The notes: a model not told the origin generated them from the sequence alone. Counted from the first letter of the stretch, positions 10,108-21,191 are shown. The stretch: 64,000 nucleotides of DNA from an uncultured Actinomycetes bacterium (GCA_963704885.1 CAVPIB010000007.1:211266-275265), one strand, 5' to 3'. A program made the numbers and translations.

Positions 10108-11198
10108 CGTGCCGTTGCGTGCGACGTGGAACGACGGCTGGTCAAGATCCCCACGCCGCCCAGCACCACCACGGACGCCAGTGCGACCCAAAGGATCGGC
10201 CACAGCGACGCGTTCGAGATCGGCAGGTGCGATGGTCGCAGCCCCGCCGCCGCCGGGCTCGGCTGGCCGAACCCGCTCGCGTCCACGGCGAGGTCGTGGG
10301 TGAGCGTACCGGCGGTGGCGTTGACGTTGATCTTGGTCAGCCACATCTGATCGGTGGGCATCCACTTCATGCCGCGATCCGAACGCAGATCGGCGAGCAG
10401 CGATGTCGAAGCGGGCTCGCTCACCTCCTGGATCAAGCCGCGCTGGTCCGGGTCACCGTTGGGACGAACGGCCAAGGGAAGGGTGGCCGGGCGAACGTCG
10501 GTCAGCAGGTAGACGTCGGCCTGAACCAGCTCGGCTTCTTGACGTCCAAGCGCCAAGATCCGCAGAGGGACCCAGGGGTTCGGCGTGGGGATCACCACGT
10601 GGACCGGCGTGCCCTGCCCCTGCTGGACACCTTGCTCGTTCGCGCGGCCCACGTCGAACTTCACTGCCATGAAGATCGGACTGCGTTGCGCGTAGAACTC
10701 CAGCACCTCTGGAGCATCCGGTGGCAGGAAGAAGCCGTGATCGCTCGCCCAGGTCCCCACGGCGACCGCGCCACCCTCCAAGACCGTGATGTCGAGCGCG
10801 TCGATCTGAGTCTCCAGGAGCACCGTCGCGGAGTCGGCGGCTCCGGCTTCCGCCGCCAGGGCGAAGGTCCGTTGTTCAGGAGGTTGTGTCTCGAGGATCA
10901 AGCGCTGCAGGGTCCAGTCGCCGCCTTTGATCACCTTGGTTGGCACGCCAGGCAGGGGAACGATCGACCCGACCTCGGTGGCATCCACGCCCGCGAACTC
11001 GAACGAAGTCACGTAGTGCTCGACCCCCGCGTGGTAGGCGGCGAGGGTCGTGGTGCGGACAAGGTTGACGGTTCCGTTCGGGGTCACCAAGCCTCCACAC
11101 GCGAGCGCGCTCGCCGCGGGAACAACTACGGCGAGCGAGACGGTTGCGGCGAAGATGGTCCTGCGGGCGAGGCGGCGATGGGCCTTGCGGTGGGCCAT
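10104..11198 (-). CDS. DUF2330-type exported protein with C-terminal TM anchor (alternative in-frame start at 11381)
   Basis: Signal peptide then ACGG; IVPLPGVP, WVPLRIL; RBS aaggagg. Confidence 0.75.
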   Translation of the reverse strand: MAHRKAHRRLARRTIFAATVSLAVVVPAASALACGGLVTPNGTVNLVRTTTLAAYHAGVEHYVTSFEFAGVDATEVGSIVPLPGVPTKVIKGGDWTLQRLILETQPPEQRTFALAAEAGAADSATVLLETQIDALDITVLEGGAVAVGTWASDHGFFLPPDAPEVLEFYAQRSPIFMAVKFDVGRANEQGVQQGQGTPVHVVIPTPNPWVPLRILALGRQEAELVQADVYLLTDVRPATLPLAVRPNGDPDQRGLIQEVSEPASTSLLADLRSDRGMKWMPTDQMWLTKINVNATAGTLTHDLAVDASGFGQPSPAAAGLRPSHLPISNASLWPILWVALASVVVLGGVGILTSRRSTSHATAR

Positions 11199-11438
11199 GG
11201 GGGGCTCCTCCTTCGCGAGATCGCGGTTGGACGGAAGAACCCGAGCCTCGGTTCCCTCGTTCGGAGTCACCAGGCCTCCACACGCGAGCGCGCTCGCCGC
11301 GGGAACGAACACGGCGAGCGAGACGGTTGCGGCGAAGATCGTCCTGCGGGCGAGGCGGCGATGAGCCTTGCGGTGGGCCATGGGGCTCCTCCTTCGCGAG
11401 ATCGCGGTTGGACGGAAGAACCCGAGCCTCGGTTCCCT
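11075..11438. repeat. Diverged tandem duplication (11075-11257 and 11258-11438) covering promoter, RBS and signal-peptide coding region
   Basis: Direct alignment shows about 7 substitutions and a 2-bp indel in a G run. Confidence 0.95.
11230..11255 (-). promoter_or_regulatory. ECF-sigma-type promoter GGAACC-N16-CGTC (second copy at 11411-11436)
   Basis: Minus strand ggaacc-gaggctcgggttcttc-cgtc about 30 bp upstream of ATG. Confidence 0.6.
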
Positions 11439-12545
11439 TTAGGCGGAAGGACCTGCCGGCGCCGGCGCCGCTACGTCCGCCGGGTAGGCGATGCCGGCCC
11501 GCTCGGGCCAGCCGATCGACAGCCGCTCGCCTGGAGCCCGTGGCTCCCGCAGTCGCAGTCGGCAGGATCCGATAGTGGTTGAGGTCAACACGTCGAAGTG
11601 CGAGCCGAAGAACGAACAGGTCTCCACGGAGCCCGTGAGCGCTCCTTCGCCATCGGCTCGGATCTCCAATTCCTCGGGGCGTAGAAGCACTTGCGCTCCG
11701 GCTCCGGGTCGTGCTCCGGCGTCGAGCGCTCTGAACCGTCGTCCTGCCACTTCCACCTCCACGTTGCCCTCACCGGCGGATATGACGGTCGCCGGGAAGA
11801 ACGAGCCGGCACCGATGAATCGCGCGGTGAACAACGTCGCGGGCGAACGGTAGATGGTTTGCGGGTCGGCCATCTGTTCCAAGCGGCCCTGGTTCATCAC
11901 GCCGACAAGCTGAGAGATGCTTAGGGCCTCGTCCTGGTCATGCGTCACGAACACGAAGGTAGTCCCGAGCTCCTGATGGATCCGGAGCAGCTCCTCTCGG
12001 AGCGCGAACCGAACGTTGCGGTCGAGCGCGCTGAGCGGCTCGTCCAAGAGCAACACGCGAGGACGGTTGATCAACGCACGCGCGACCGCCACCCGCTGCG
12101 CCTGCCCGCCCGAGAGCTCCGACGGGTAGCGTGCGCCCAATCCCTCCAGTCCTACTAGCTGAAGCATGTCGGCCACGCGCTGCGAACGCTCCGCCGCAGA
12201 TGGTCGCGAGTTCTTCGACTGAGTGGTCAAACCGAACCCGACGTTCTCGGTGATCGTCATGTGGGGGAAGAGTGCGTAGTGCTGGAACACCATGTTGAAG
12301 GGACGGCGCTCGGGCGGCCTCCGTGTGATGTCGGTCCCGTCGGTGAGGACCAGCCCACTATCCGGCGACTCCAGCCCAGCGACGATCCGCAGAAGCGTCG
12401 TCTTCCCACACCCGCTCGGCCCGAGCAGGCTGAAGAACGAGCCGGCCGGGATATCCAGATCGAGCGCGTGCAGCGCCACCACATCGCCGAACCGCTTCGA
12501 CACCCCTTCGATCGAGATAGCGCCCTTAGGGCCGGCGCCCGTCAT
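11439..12545 (-). CDS. ABC transporter ATP-binding protein (PotA-like)
   Basis: GPSGCGKT, LSGGQ, LLLDEP, TOBE-like tail; start overlaps permease stop. Confidence 0.95.
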   Translation of the reverse strand: MTGAGPKGAISIEGVSKRFGDVVALHALDLDIPAGSFFSLLGPSGCGKTTLLRIVAGLESPDSGLVLTDGTDITRRPPERRPFNMVFQHYALFPHMTITENVGFGLTTQSKNSRPSAAERSQRVADMLQLVGLEGLGARYPSELSGGQAQRVAVARALINRPRVLLLDEPLSALDRNVRFALREELLRIHQELGTTFVFVTHDQDEALSISQLVGVMNQGRLEQMADPQTIYRSPATLFTARFIGAGSFFPATVISAGEGNVEVEVAGRRFRALDAGARPGAGAQVLLRPEELEIRADGEGALTGSVETCSFFGSHFDVLTSTTIGSCRLRLREPRAPGERLSIGWPERAGIAYPADVAAPAPAGPSA

Positions 12546-13363
12546 GCCACCCTCGCGAGCGCCTCGGCTTGGGAGCGCAAAGCGGATCGGGACGACCGTC
12601 GCCGCTGAATGGCGAACGACAACGCAACCGCCACCCATGGCACCACTAATAGGATCGTCGCGACCGCGTTGATGGACGGGTCGATCGTGCGTCGCAGGCG
12701 GGACAGAACGAAGAGCGGCAGCGTCACCCGCGTCCCGGATGTGAAGTTGGTGATCAGCACCTCGTCGAAGGAGATCGCGAACGCGATCATCATGGCGCCC
12801 AGTATCGAAGGGCCTATCAGAGGGAGCGTGATGCGGCGAAGGACCATCGCTGGACGGGCGCCCAGATCGCGGGCCGCCTGCTCGACGGCCAGGTCGTAGT
12901 TCCTCAGTCGGGCTCCCACGATGAGGATCACGAACGGCGTCGTGACGATCACGTGCCCCGCCACGATCGTGTACATGGACGGGTCGATCGCGAAGGTCTT
13001 CAGTGCGGCGACGAGTGAGATGCCGATGAACAGAGGTGGCAGCATGATGGGCAGTCGCGACCCGCTCTCCAACCATCTGGTGGCCCGATTGATCCGCCGG
13101 GTTATCGCGAACGCGGCTGCGGTACCTACCACCCCCGCAACGACCGCCGTCGCGCTGGCCGCGGTCAAGCTTGTCTTCATGCCAGTGCGGAACTGCTGTT
13201 CGCTGAAGATCACGCGGAACCATCTGAGCGAGATCCCCTGGGGCGGCCAACTCAGATTCGACCCGGAGTTCAGCCCGTAGAGCACCACCACGATCAGCGG
13301 GAGATAGATGAAGACGACGAGGATCACGACGACCACCGTGAGTAGACCCGGATGGCGCTTCAT
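12542..13363 (-). CDS. ABC transporter permease (PotC-like)
   Basis: EQAARDLGA EAA loop, AFAISFDE. Confidence 0.93.
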   Translation of the reverse strand: MKRHPGLLTVVVVILVVFIYLPLIVVVLYGLNSGSNLSWPPQGISLRWFRVIFSEQQFRTGMKTSLTAASATAVVAGVVGTAAAFAITRRINRATRWLESGSRLPIMLPPLFIGISLVAALKTFAIDPSMYTIVAGHVIVTTPFVILIVGARLRNYDLAVEQAARDLGARPAMVLRRITLPLIGPSILGAMMIAFAISFDEVLITNFTSGTRVTLPLFVLSRLRRTIDPSINAVATILLVVPWVAVALSFAIQRRRSSRSALRSQAEALARVA

Positions 13364-14226
13364 CCGACGTGCCTGGGCAGGAGACCCGCACCGCGCATCG
13401 CGAGCCGAAGCAGGACAACCAGCCCAAGGAACAGGACGAGCATGACGAACGCCATAGCGGCTCCGAGGGGGTAGTTGAGGGCCGTGGTCAGTTGATCGGC
13501 GATCAACGTGCCGAACATAGCGCTCGAGCCGATGCCCCCGAGGAAGACAGGCGTTATGTAATCACCGGCCGAGAGGAAGAACACGAACAGGGTGGCGCCG
13601 AACATGGCGTTTCCGGAGAGGGGCAGAACGATCCGGCGGAGGGTCATCCACCGTGACGCACCTAGGTCTCGCGCCGCGGGCTCCAGCTCAGACGAGATAG
13701 AAGACAGGCTGGAGTAAAGGACCAGCGCGGTGAACGGGAGGAAGAAGTTCACCTCGGCTACGACGACCGCGACCCGGGAGAAGAGCAGTATATGGAGGGG
13801 CTTATCGGTGACGTTCAACGCCTGCAGCAAGGAGTTGAATATGCCGCTCTCGCCCGAGAGCGTGCGCCAGGAGTAGATCAATGCCAGATAGCTTCCCATC
13901 AGCGCGATCACGATCGCGATGAGGAGGAGCCCCTTGGATCGACGGGCGCGGAACGCCAGGAAGTACGCGAGTTGGTAACCGAATACCACGGAGATGAGGG
14001 CCGTTGGGCCGGCGATCAACAGCGTGTTGAGCGCATACCGTCGGTATAGCTGCGTGGTCAGGACCCTTCGGTAGTTGTCGACCGTCGCGCCGGGCACGAT
14101 CTCGAGCAGATGAACGTGGAAGAACGAGAACGCGAACAGCATCGTGACCGGCACCAGCACGCCGAACAAGAGAAGCGCCCCCAAAGGGGTCGACAGGAGC
14201 GCAGCCAGGCGACGGGAGAGCGGCAA
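13360..14226 (-). CDS. ABC transporter permease (PotB-like)
   Basis: EPAARDLGAS, GDYITPVFLGG, NYPLGAA. Confidence 0.93.
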   Translation of the reverse strand: MPLSRRLAALLSTPLGALLLFGVLVPVTMLFAFSFFHVHLLEIVPGATVDNYRRVLTTQLYRRYALNTLLIAGPTALISVVFGYQLAYFLAFRARRSKGLLLIAIVIALMGSYLALIYSWRTLSGESGIFNSLLQALNVTDKPLHILLFSRVAVVVAEVNFFLPFTALVLYSSLSSISSELEPAARDLGASRWMTLRRIVLPLSGNAMFGATLFVFFLSAGDYITPVFLGGIGSSAMFGTLIADQLTTALNYPLGAAMAFVMLVLFLGLVVLLRLAMRGAGLLPRHVG

Positions 14227-14246
14227 GACCTAGGACGAGGGCCGGT

Positions 14247-15431
14247 TCAGGAGCCCTTGACCTCCTCCCACAACCCGATGACGTCGTCGTACGTGGCGCG
14301 GTCTCCGTCGGGCTCGTGCGGGAATCCTTGGTTGAACGTCAGAGTGTTCGACAGGTAGTTGTCGATGTCATCGTACGGATAGAGAGCAGCGGCTTCCGGA
14401 GTCAAGAGCGGGATCGCCGCGGAAACCCCCGGCCCTTGCAGGAGGCTGCTGTTCGCGTCAGCGTTCACCTCCGGATCCAACAGGTGATTGACGAAGGCGT
14501 AGGCGTTCTGAGGATTGGGTGCCGTCGGAGTGATGAACGCCGAGTCCGCCCAACCGATGGCTCCTTCCGACGGGATCACCGTCTTCGTGGGGATGCCCTC
14601 ATCGGCGGTGACCGAATCCATGAAGGCCAACCCGACCACCATGTAGTCCACATCGCCGGCGATCAGCAGGGAGATGGAGTCGCCGATGGTCGGTGCGAGC
14701 GCCTTGATCTGCCCGACTAGGCTCGTCAGGTAGTCCTTGACTTCGCCGTTCAGCTGATCCGTGGTCAGCTCGTCCGGATCGATGCCCACCGCGATGGCCC
14801 CGAGCGCGACGTTGTTCAGGGCGCTGTCGATGGTGGAGACGCGTCCCTTGTACGCGGGGTCGAGGAGGTCGTGCCAGCTCTTCGGCTCGGGCACCCGATC
14901 GGTCCGATACGTCACGCCCGAGAAACCCCAGGTCCATGGGGACGCGTTATAGGTGCCATCGTCGTTCTTGAACGGCGCGACCTGGAAGGCGGGCATCAGT
15001 CCGGCCAGACCCGGAACCTGATCGAGGGTCATCGGGCTGATCAGGCCCAGATCCACGTAGTCCAGGAGCACCACGTTGTCGCCATACGAGATGTCCCACT
15101 GATCACCGCCTGGACCCTTGAGGACCGTGGCCACCTCCTCGGGACCCGCGATGTACTTGACGTTCACCTCGATGTCGTTCTGCTTGAGCCACGGGGTCAG
15201 GTCGCCCGCCGTGTCGTATCCCTCCCACGTGTAGAGGTTGAGCGGTCCTCCCACCGGTGGGAGCGGGCTCGGCGACGGACTTCCCGCCGTGCCGGAGGTG
15301 GGGCTCGACTCCGAGTCGCCGGACAAGCCGCAGGAGGCGAGGAAGGCGGCGGCGGCCGCCGTTCCGGTGACCCTCAGGAACCGCCTGCGGTCCATCAAGA
15401 ATCTCAGCTCACGGTCTTGTGCCTCGCCCAT
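14247..15431 (-). CDS. PotD/PotF-like substrate-binding lipoprotein, Tat-exported
   Basis: DRRRFL twin-arginine, LASC lipobox, LNLYTWEGY, PSEGAIGWAD. Confidence 0.9.
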   Translation of the reverse strand: MGEAQDRELRFLMDRRRFLRVTGTAAAAAFLASCGLSGDSESSPTSGTAGSPSPSPLPPVGGPLNLYTWEGYDTAGDLTPWLKQNDIEVNVKYIAGPEEVATVLKGPGGDQWDISYGDNVVLLDYVDLGLISPMTLDQVPGLAGLMPAFQVAPFKNDDGTYNASPWTWGFSGVTYRTDRVPEPKSWHDLLDPAYKGRVSTIDSALNNVALGAIAVGIDPDELTTDQLNGEVKDYLTSLVGQIKALAPTIGDSISLLIAGDVDYMVVGLAFMDSVTADEGIPTKTVIPSEGAIGWADSAFITPTAPNPQNAYAFVNHLLDPEVNADANSSLLQGPGVSAAIPLLTPEAAALYPYDDIDNYLSNTLTFNQGFPHEPDGDRATYDDVIGLWEEVKGS

Positions 15432-15534
15432 CTCTCCCCCTCCACGAACTCATCACGGCCACCCTCGGTGGTCAGGTGGCATGATAACCTGCATACCCGC
15501 TGTCAAGTCAACGCCGTTCGGGCCAGGCGACCTC

Positions 15535-16833
15535 CTAAGAAGGCTCCAGGTAGCGGTCTCGCTCCCAGTCCGTCACGTGCTCACGGAAGGCCGCCTCTTC
15601 GCGGCGACCCAGGATCGAATAGGTTTCCACGAACAGCTCGCCGAACACGTCCTTGCAGAAGGCGCTCTGCTCGAAGATGTCGATCGCCGCTGCCAAGGTG
15701 CCGGGGATCCGCTCGAGCGAGTCGTCCTTGTATGCGTCGCCCTCGATCTCCGGCGGCGGCTGGAGCCCTCGGGCGATGCCATCGGCTCCGGAGGCGATGG
15801 CGCCCGCGAGGATGAGGTAAGGGTTGGCATCGGCCGAGGGCGTTCGGATCTCGAGCCGTCGCGCCTCTGGCTCGCCGGGCGGAATCCGCACAGCCGCGGT
15901 CCGGTTGTCGAGGGCCCACGACACGCGATTCGGCGCGAACGTGTAGTCCTTCAGTCGCTTGTAGGCGTTGACCGTTGGGAGGTTGATGGCGGTCGTATCG
16001 ACCGTGTGCATCAGAACGCCGGCGAGGTACGCGTGCATGACCGACTCGTCGGTCGCGAACACGTTTTCCGTGGAGCCCTTGCGACGCAGGCTGTTATGGA
16101 TGTGGTGGCCACTGCCTTCCATCCCCGTGAAGGGCATCGGCATGAACGTGGCGCGCAGATCATGTCGTTCTGTGATGAGCTTGACGACGTACTTGAGGAC
16201 GGCGGCGTTGTCCGCCGTCTCGATCGGCGACGCGGGCCCCACGTTGATCTCGAACTGCGCGGGCCCGCCCTCCGTCTGGCTGGACTCGATGGGGACTCCG
16301 GCCGCGAGCAGCATCGCCCGGATCTCACCGATGACGGGCTCGTATTCCGCCCCGCGCGTCATCGACCAACAGCGGTGATCGTCGAAGGCGGGACGCCAAT
16401 CTCGATCGCAGAGGTAGAACTCGAGCTCGGGAGCGACCCACGCCTCGTAGCCCAGGTCCTCGAGCGACATGACCGATCGTCGAAGGATGCTCCTGGAGTC
16501 CAAGGGGTGCTCCGCGCCGCCTCGCGCAAGGACTGCGTCCATGAGACAGAAGGCGGTGCCCGCGGCCCAGGGTGCCGGACGGAGGGTGGACAGGTCCGGG
16601 AACACGTGCATGTTCGGGAAGCCGGTGTCGGCGTTGGCGTAAGGGGTCGGAGTGATGTCGCCGAGGATGCTCCATGTGAACGCAGCGTTGGGCATGCTCA
16701 TCCCGCTTTCGGCGACATTCAGGAACGCGGCCGTCGGCATCCGACGCCCGACCAAGACGCCCCACGTGTCAGGGAAGCAGCATTCGACAGTATCTATCGT
16801 CGAAAGGAAGCGTTCGGTCTCCGCCAGATCCAC
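15535..16833 (-). CDS. Glutamine synthetase family protein (gamma-glutamyl-amine ligase-like)
   Basis: PELEFYL, EGGPAQFEI, GSGHHIHNSL, NAYKRL, DNRTAAVR, RLEIRTPSADANPY; RBS gggagg before GTG. Confidence 0.93.
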   Translation of the reverse strand: MDLAETERFLSTIDTVECCFPDTWGVLVGRRMPTAAFLNVAESGMSMPNAAFTWSILGDITPTPYANADTGFPNMHVFPDLSTLRPAPWAAGTAFCLMDAVLARGGAEHPLDSRSILRRSVMSLEDLGYEAWVAPELEFYLCDRDWRPAFDDHRCWSMTRGAEYEPVIGEIRAMLLAAGVPIESSQTEGGPAQFEINVGPASPIETADNAAVLKYVVKLITERHDLRATFMPMPFTGMEGSGHHIHNSLRRKGSTENVFATDESVMHAYLAGVLMHTVDTTAINLPTVNAYKRLKDYTFAPNRVSWALDNRTAAVRIPPGEPEARRLEIRTPSADANPYLILAGAIASGADGIARGLQPPPEIEGDAYKDDSLERIPGTLAAAIDIFEQSAFCKDVFGELFVETYSILGRREEAAFREHVTDWERDRYLEPS

Positions 16834-16959
16834 GCTGAGAGGCTCCTCCCTGGACGGTGGCCGGAGGATAGCACCCTGCAACGTTGCAGAAGAACCGTCC
16901 TGGCGACCCCTGATATCATCTGGTCTGCTCACCATACATCTAGGCGAGGAGCGGTGAGG

Positions 16960-17706
16960 ATGCAGGGGAACGAGGTCTTCGCCCGCCTCGATGGCCTCAC
17001 GGGGTTGGTCACGGGTGCAGGGCGAGGGATCGGGGAGGCCTGCGCGATCGCTCTGGCCGGCCACGGTGCTCAGGTGCTGCTGGCCGATCTGGACGAGAAA
17101 CGCCTGGTTGAGGTGGCGGCCAAGATCGAGTCCGACGGCGGCCGCGCGACGACCTGCGTGACCGACGTTCGACAGTGGGCGAGCGTGCAAGCCATGGCCG
17201 ACAGCTGCATCGAAGCGTTCGGCGGCATCGACTTCGCGATAGCCAACGCGGGGGTGGGCAGCTACTCATCGCTCGACACGGGCGATCCAGAGCTTTGGCG
17301 CCGTGTCGTCGAGACCAACCTGCTCGGCGTGCTGCACACGGTCCGTGCCGTCTACCCGCAGATGAAGGAGCGACGAAGCGGACACATAGTCCTGATGGCT
17401 TCCATCGCCGGGCGCCAGACATGGGTGGGTGAGCCCGTCTACATCGCCACGAAGTGGGGTGTCGTGGGGCTCGGGTGGGCCCTGCGGAAGGAAGCCCTGC
17501 CGCACAAGGTGCGCGTGACGATGATCGAGCCCGGCATGGTCGACACACCGCTCCTGCACGAGACCGAGGAGGGGATGAGCGAGCTCGAGCGTTTCGCGGC
17601 GCTCGACGTGAAGGATGTCGCTCGCGCCGTGGTCTTCGCGCTTTCCCAGCCTGAGGGAGTCGCGGTGAGCGAACTGATCATCACGCCCGTCGGTCCCGAG
17701 CTCTGA
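16960..17706 (+). CDS. Short-chain dehydrogenase/reductase
   Basis: TGAGRGIG, NAG, YIATK. Confidence 0.93.
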   Translation: MQGNEVFARLDGLTGLVTGAGRGIGEACAIALAGHGAQVLLADLDEKRLVEVAAKIESDGGRATTCVTDVRQWASVQAMADSCIEAFGGIDFAIANAGVGSYSSLDTGDPELWRRVVETNLLGVLHTVRAVYPQMKERRSGHIVLMASIAGRQTWVGEPVYIATKWGVVGLGWALRKEALPHKVRVTMIEPGMVDTPLLHETEEGMSELERFAALDVKDVARAVVFALSQPEGVAVSELIITPVGPEL

Positions 17707-17718
17707 CGAGCCAGCCCG

Positions 17719-18849
17719 ATGACCCGCGCCGGGAATGACACTCGACCTGTGGGTCCGAAGGTGGAGCTGGCTGGAGTCGTTGGGAGACCGATCGAGGAGG
17801 TGGCGACGCCGGCGCTCGTACTGGACCTAGCCGCCGCCCGTCGCAACATCGCCGCCATGGCCGAACGGATGGCGGCGCTCCCGGCCGGCCTGCGACCTCA
17901 CATCAAGGTGCACAAATGCGCGGAGCTGGCGCGGATGCAGATCGCAGCGGGGGCTCTCGGCGTCACCGCCGCGACCGTGTCGGAGGCCGTGGCGATGGTG
18001 GATGCTGGCGTCACCGACGTGCTGGTCGCGAACCAGGTCGTATCTCCAGTATCGGTCGCCCGGCTGCTGGACGCGGCGGGCCGAGCCCGCGTGCTGGTGG
18101 CGATCGACGACCGGCGCAACCTGGAGATGCTTGGCCTCGCCGCGATCGGGGCGGGGGTCGAGCTGGGAGTGCTGATCGAGCTCGACGTCGGACTCGGACG
18201 CGGGGGCGTTCGGTCGGTGGATGAAGTCGTGCGTCTTGCCGGGCTCGCGACCGAGACGCCAGGCGTGATCTTCGACGGACTCATGGGGTACGAAGGCCAT
18301 TGTGCCAGCGAACCCGATCCGAAGATCCGGACCGAGGCGGCCACGCGAAGCATGGAGCTGCTGGCGTCCGCGGCCGATCGCTGTCGTGACGCTCGGCTCG
18401 TGGTTTCAACCGTTTCAGCAGGAGCCACGGGGACGTTCGAGATCACGGCCAACGCCCGCGCCGTCACCGAGGTGCAAGCTGGTTCCTACGTCGTGATGGA
18501 TCGCTTCCATGAGGCGCTCGTCTCTGGGTTCGAGACCGCCCTGACCGTCATGGCCACCGTGACCGGGCGTCACGACGATCTGCTCGTGCTCGACGCCGGC
18601 CGCAAGTCGATCGATGTCAGCCTGCGTCCGCTCCAACCCTCGGATCCGCGTGCCACGCTCGCATTCATCCATGAGGAACACGTGGGAATCCGCTACGAGG
18701 GACCGGCTCCGGGGTCCGTGGGTGATCGCGTGAGCTTCGTACCGGGATACGCTCCCACGACGGTCAACCTGTTCGGTGCCTACCACGTCGTCGAGGACGG
18801 CTACGTCGTAGACGTATGGCCGGTGCTAGCGCGACACGGGGCTCCGTGA
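17719..18849 (+). CDS. PLP-dependent DSD1/D-threonine aldolase family enzyme
   Basis: TPALVLD, LRPHIKVHK, GLMGYEGH, TEVQAGSY, LDAGRK, EEH. Confidence 0.9.
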   Translation: MTRAGNDTRPVGPKVELAGVVGRPIEEVATPALVLDLAAARRNIAAMAERMAALPAGLRPHIKVHKCAELARMQIAAGALGVTAATVSEAVAMVDAGVTDVLVANQVVSPVSVARLLDAAGRARVLVAIDDRRNLEMLGLAAIGAGVELGVLIELDVGLGRGGVRSVDEVVRLAGLATETPGVIFDGLMGYEGHCASEPDPKIRTEAATRSMELLASAADRCRDARLVVSTVSAGATGTFEITANARAVTEVQAGSYVVMDRFHEALVSGFETALTVMATVTGRHDDLLVLDAGRKSIDVSLRPLQPSDPRATLAFIHEEHVGIRYEGPAPGSVGDRVSFVPGYAPTTVNLFGAYHVVEDGYVVDVWPVLARHGAP

Positions 18850-20495
18850 AGGCGGGGTGGTTCTCCGCCGAGCTCGAGGGCGCCGACCTGACGCAGCTCC
18901 GATGGGGTGGACTCGAGATCGCTTCGTCGATCCAGGTGACCGTGAGAGATGAGCGGTGGGGCACGCTCCGGCCGGCGTTAGTGACCGCCGAGGTGAGCGA
19001 GGACGCCGATCGGTTCTCGGTGAGTCTCGAGGCGACACACGGCGACGACGTCTTGGCGTGGACCGGAACCATCCACGCCTCCGCCGACGGAACACTTGGA
19101 TTCGACGTGAACGCGATCGCCAAGCGTGAGTTCGTGTACCGCCGGATGGGGATCTGCGTCCAGCATCCCTGGGCGTCGCATGTTGGCGCGCGGTACGAAG
19201 CCTCCGGCGTCGGCACTGCCGCGACCGGCACCTTCCCCTCGGATATCGCGCCCCAACCTTTGGTCGACGGACACCTCGCTCCCTTCGTACCCGCGTTCAA
19301 GGAACTCTCGATCCGGTTCCCCACGGGTGTTGACGCGGGCTACGTCTTCGAAGGTGAGGACGATGGGTTCGAGCTCGAGGACCAACGCAACTGGACCGAC
19401 GCCTCGTTCAAGACCTATCCGACGCCGCTGAAACGGTCGCTCCCGAGGCGGCTCCAGCCGGCGATCGGTGGACCCAGAGGTTACGGCTCACCGTCAGAGG
19501 ACCCGCTCCGGGGTCGGCGGCCACCGATGGGCCGGTAACGATCGAGATCGGCTCCCCAACGGGCGGCCACATGCCGTCGATCGGCGTAACGGCACGCGCC
19601 GGACCTGTCGATCCGGGCGCGCTCCGCAGGCTGCAGCCCGCTCATCTGCGCGTAACGGTAGAACCACCTGATCGTGATCGGGTCGTGCGGCGAGCCACTT
19701 CCCTCGCGAGGGAGATCGGCGTTCCGCTGGAGCTCGTTCTCCTGTTCGATGACGAACCCGAAGGGGCGGACCTGCTCGGCAAGGCCCTCGAGGACGCCCC
19801 CCTCGCCCGGGTCCTCGCTCTACGCCGAGACGGCGTCACGACCGACGGGCGTTTCGTTGCTAGGGCGCGGCCCGATCTTCCTTCGAACGGAGCGGGGTTC
19901 TTCGGTGGCACAGCCTCGCACTTCTCGGAGCTGAATCGCTTGAGGCCTTCGCCCGATGGGATGGACGGGGTCGCGCTGGCGATGTCTCCACAGGCGCACA
20001 CGATAGATGAGCGATCGATGGTGGAAACGCTCGAGATTCAAGGGCAGATCGTGAGGCAGGTGAGCGGTTTCTCCCGTGGCCTGCCCGTTGCGGTCTCGCC
20101 GGTGACCCTGGCCGCCCGTGAACCTCCCCATGAGCAGGTTCCGATCGACCACCGCGTGGGCTCCTCGTTCGGCGCTGCTTGGACCGCGGGCTCGGTGGCG
20201 AACCTGCGGCCGCTGGCGTCTCGTCCGTGACGCTGCACGAGGCCGTCGATCGCACGTACTTGGGCTCTGCTCAACTCAGCCGCGTCTTCAGCGAGCTCGC
20301 AGCGAGGCGCGGTTCCACGCTGCACGAGGTCTCATCGTCCGAGCCACGACGGGCCCTGGCGATCGCCGCAACCGGCGCACCTGTAATGCTCGTCAACCTG
20401 ACGCCGGAGTCGTGCGAGGTCAGGCTCCGAGGCGTCGTGTCGGGGAGCGGACCCTCGCGCCCTACGAGGTGGCGGCGCTCGACCTGTCCCCGTGA
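18846..20495 (+). CDS. D-apionate lactonase-like protein (frameshifted)
   Basis: VRDERWGT, FELEDQRNWTDASFKTYPTPL, FSELNR spread over three frames. Confidence 0.7.
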
Positions 20496-21186
20496 TAGTG
20501 GGGATTCATCGACATGACGTGCTCGAGCATCCGCAGGCGGGCAAGCTCGCCGTCCCCGGAGGCGATCGCGTCGCGGATGCGTGTGTGCTGGTCCAGTTCC
20601 CAGTGTGCGTATCCCTCGGCGGTCTGATAGAGCTGCGGGCCAAGCTCGAAGGCCAACCTGAAGAACGGGCGGACGATGCTCGATAGGACCCGGTTCTTCG
20701 CGGCATCGGCAACCAGCAGGTGGAACTGCGAGGCCTCGACTATGGGCCGCTTCAACTCATCCGAGCGAGCGCGGTGTGGGTCCAGCACGTCCTGCATGGC
20801 GGTCGGGTCCGGATTCGTCCGGCGATCCGCAGCCAGGCGTGACAGCTCGGCCTCGATGAATCGCCGAGCCTCGAGGATCTCCGGTGTGATCACCTTCGGC
20901 TCGGCGTTCGTCTCGTCTTTCGAGATCGGCGGATGCTCCGCCACGAACACGCCCTGGCCGTGCCGGATCTCGATGACGCCGATCATGGCCAGTCCGTTCA
21001 ACGCTTCGCGGACCGTCGATCGGACCGCACCCCAGTCGTTGCGTGAGCTCGCGTTCGGCCGGCAGGCGAGTGCCCGGAGAGAGGTCTTTGACGGCGTCTA
21101 GGATCTGCTGCGCGACCGTCTCGGCCAGCTTCTTGCGTGGAGCCTGGTTTGATCTGTAAGGCGGGGATCTCGTAGTTCACGGCCAT
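20462..21186 (-). CDS. FadR/GntR family transcriptional regulator (frameshifted)
   Basis: PGTRLPAEREL...RSTVREALNGL...IRHGQGVFV wHTH; FCD domain FH...H. Confidence 0.85.
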
Positions 21187-21191
21187 CGAGT

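Noticed and set aside
12546-13427. Long N-terminal extension of the ABC ATPase
   Set aside because: Overlaps the permease in another frame; the real start is 12545.
15238-16959. Apparent 822-aa SDR fusion and 551-aa GS N-terminal extension
   Set aside because: The extensions are antisense read-through of the neighbouring gene; RBS-supported starts are at 16960 and 16833.
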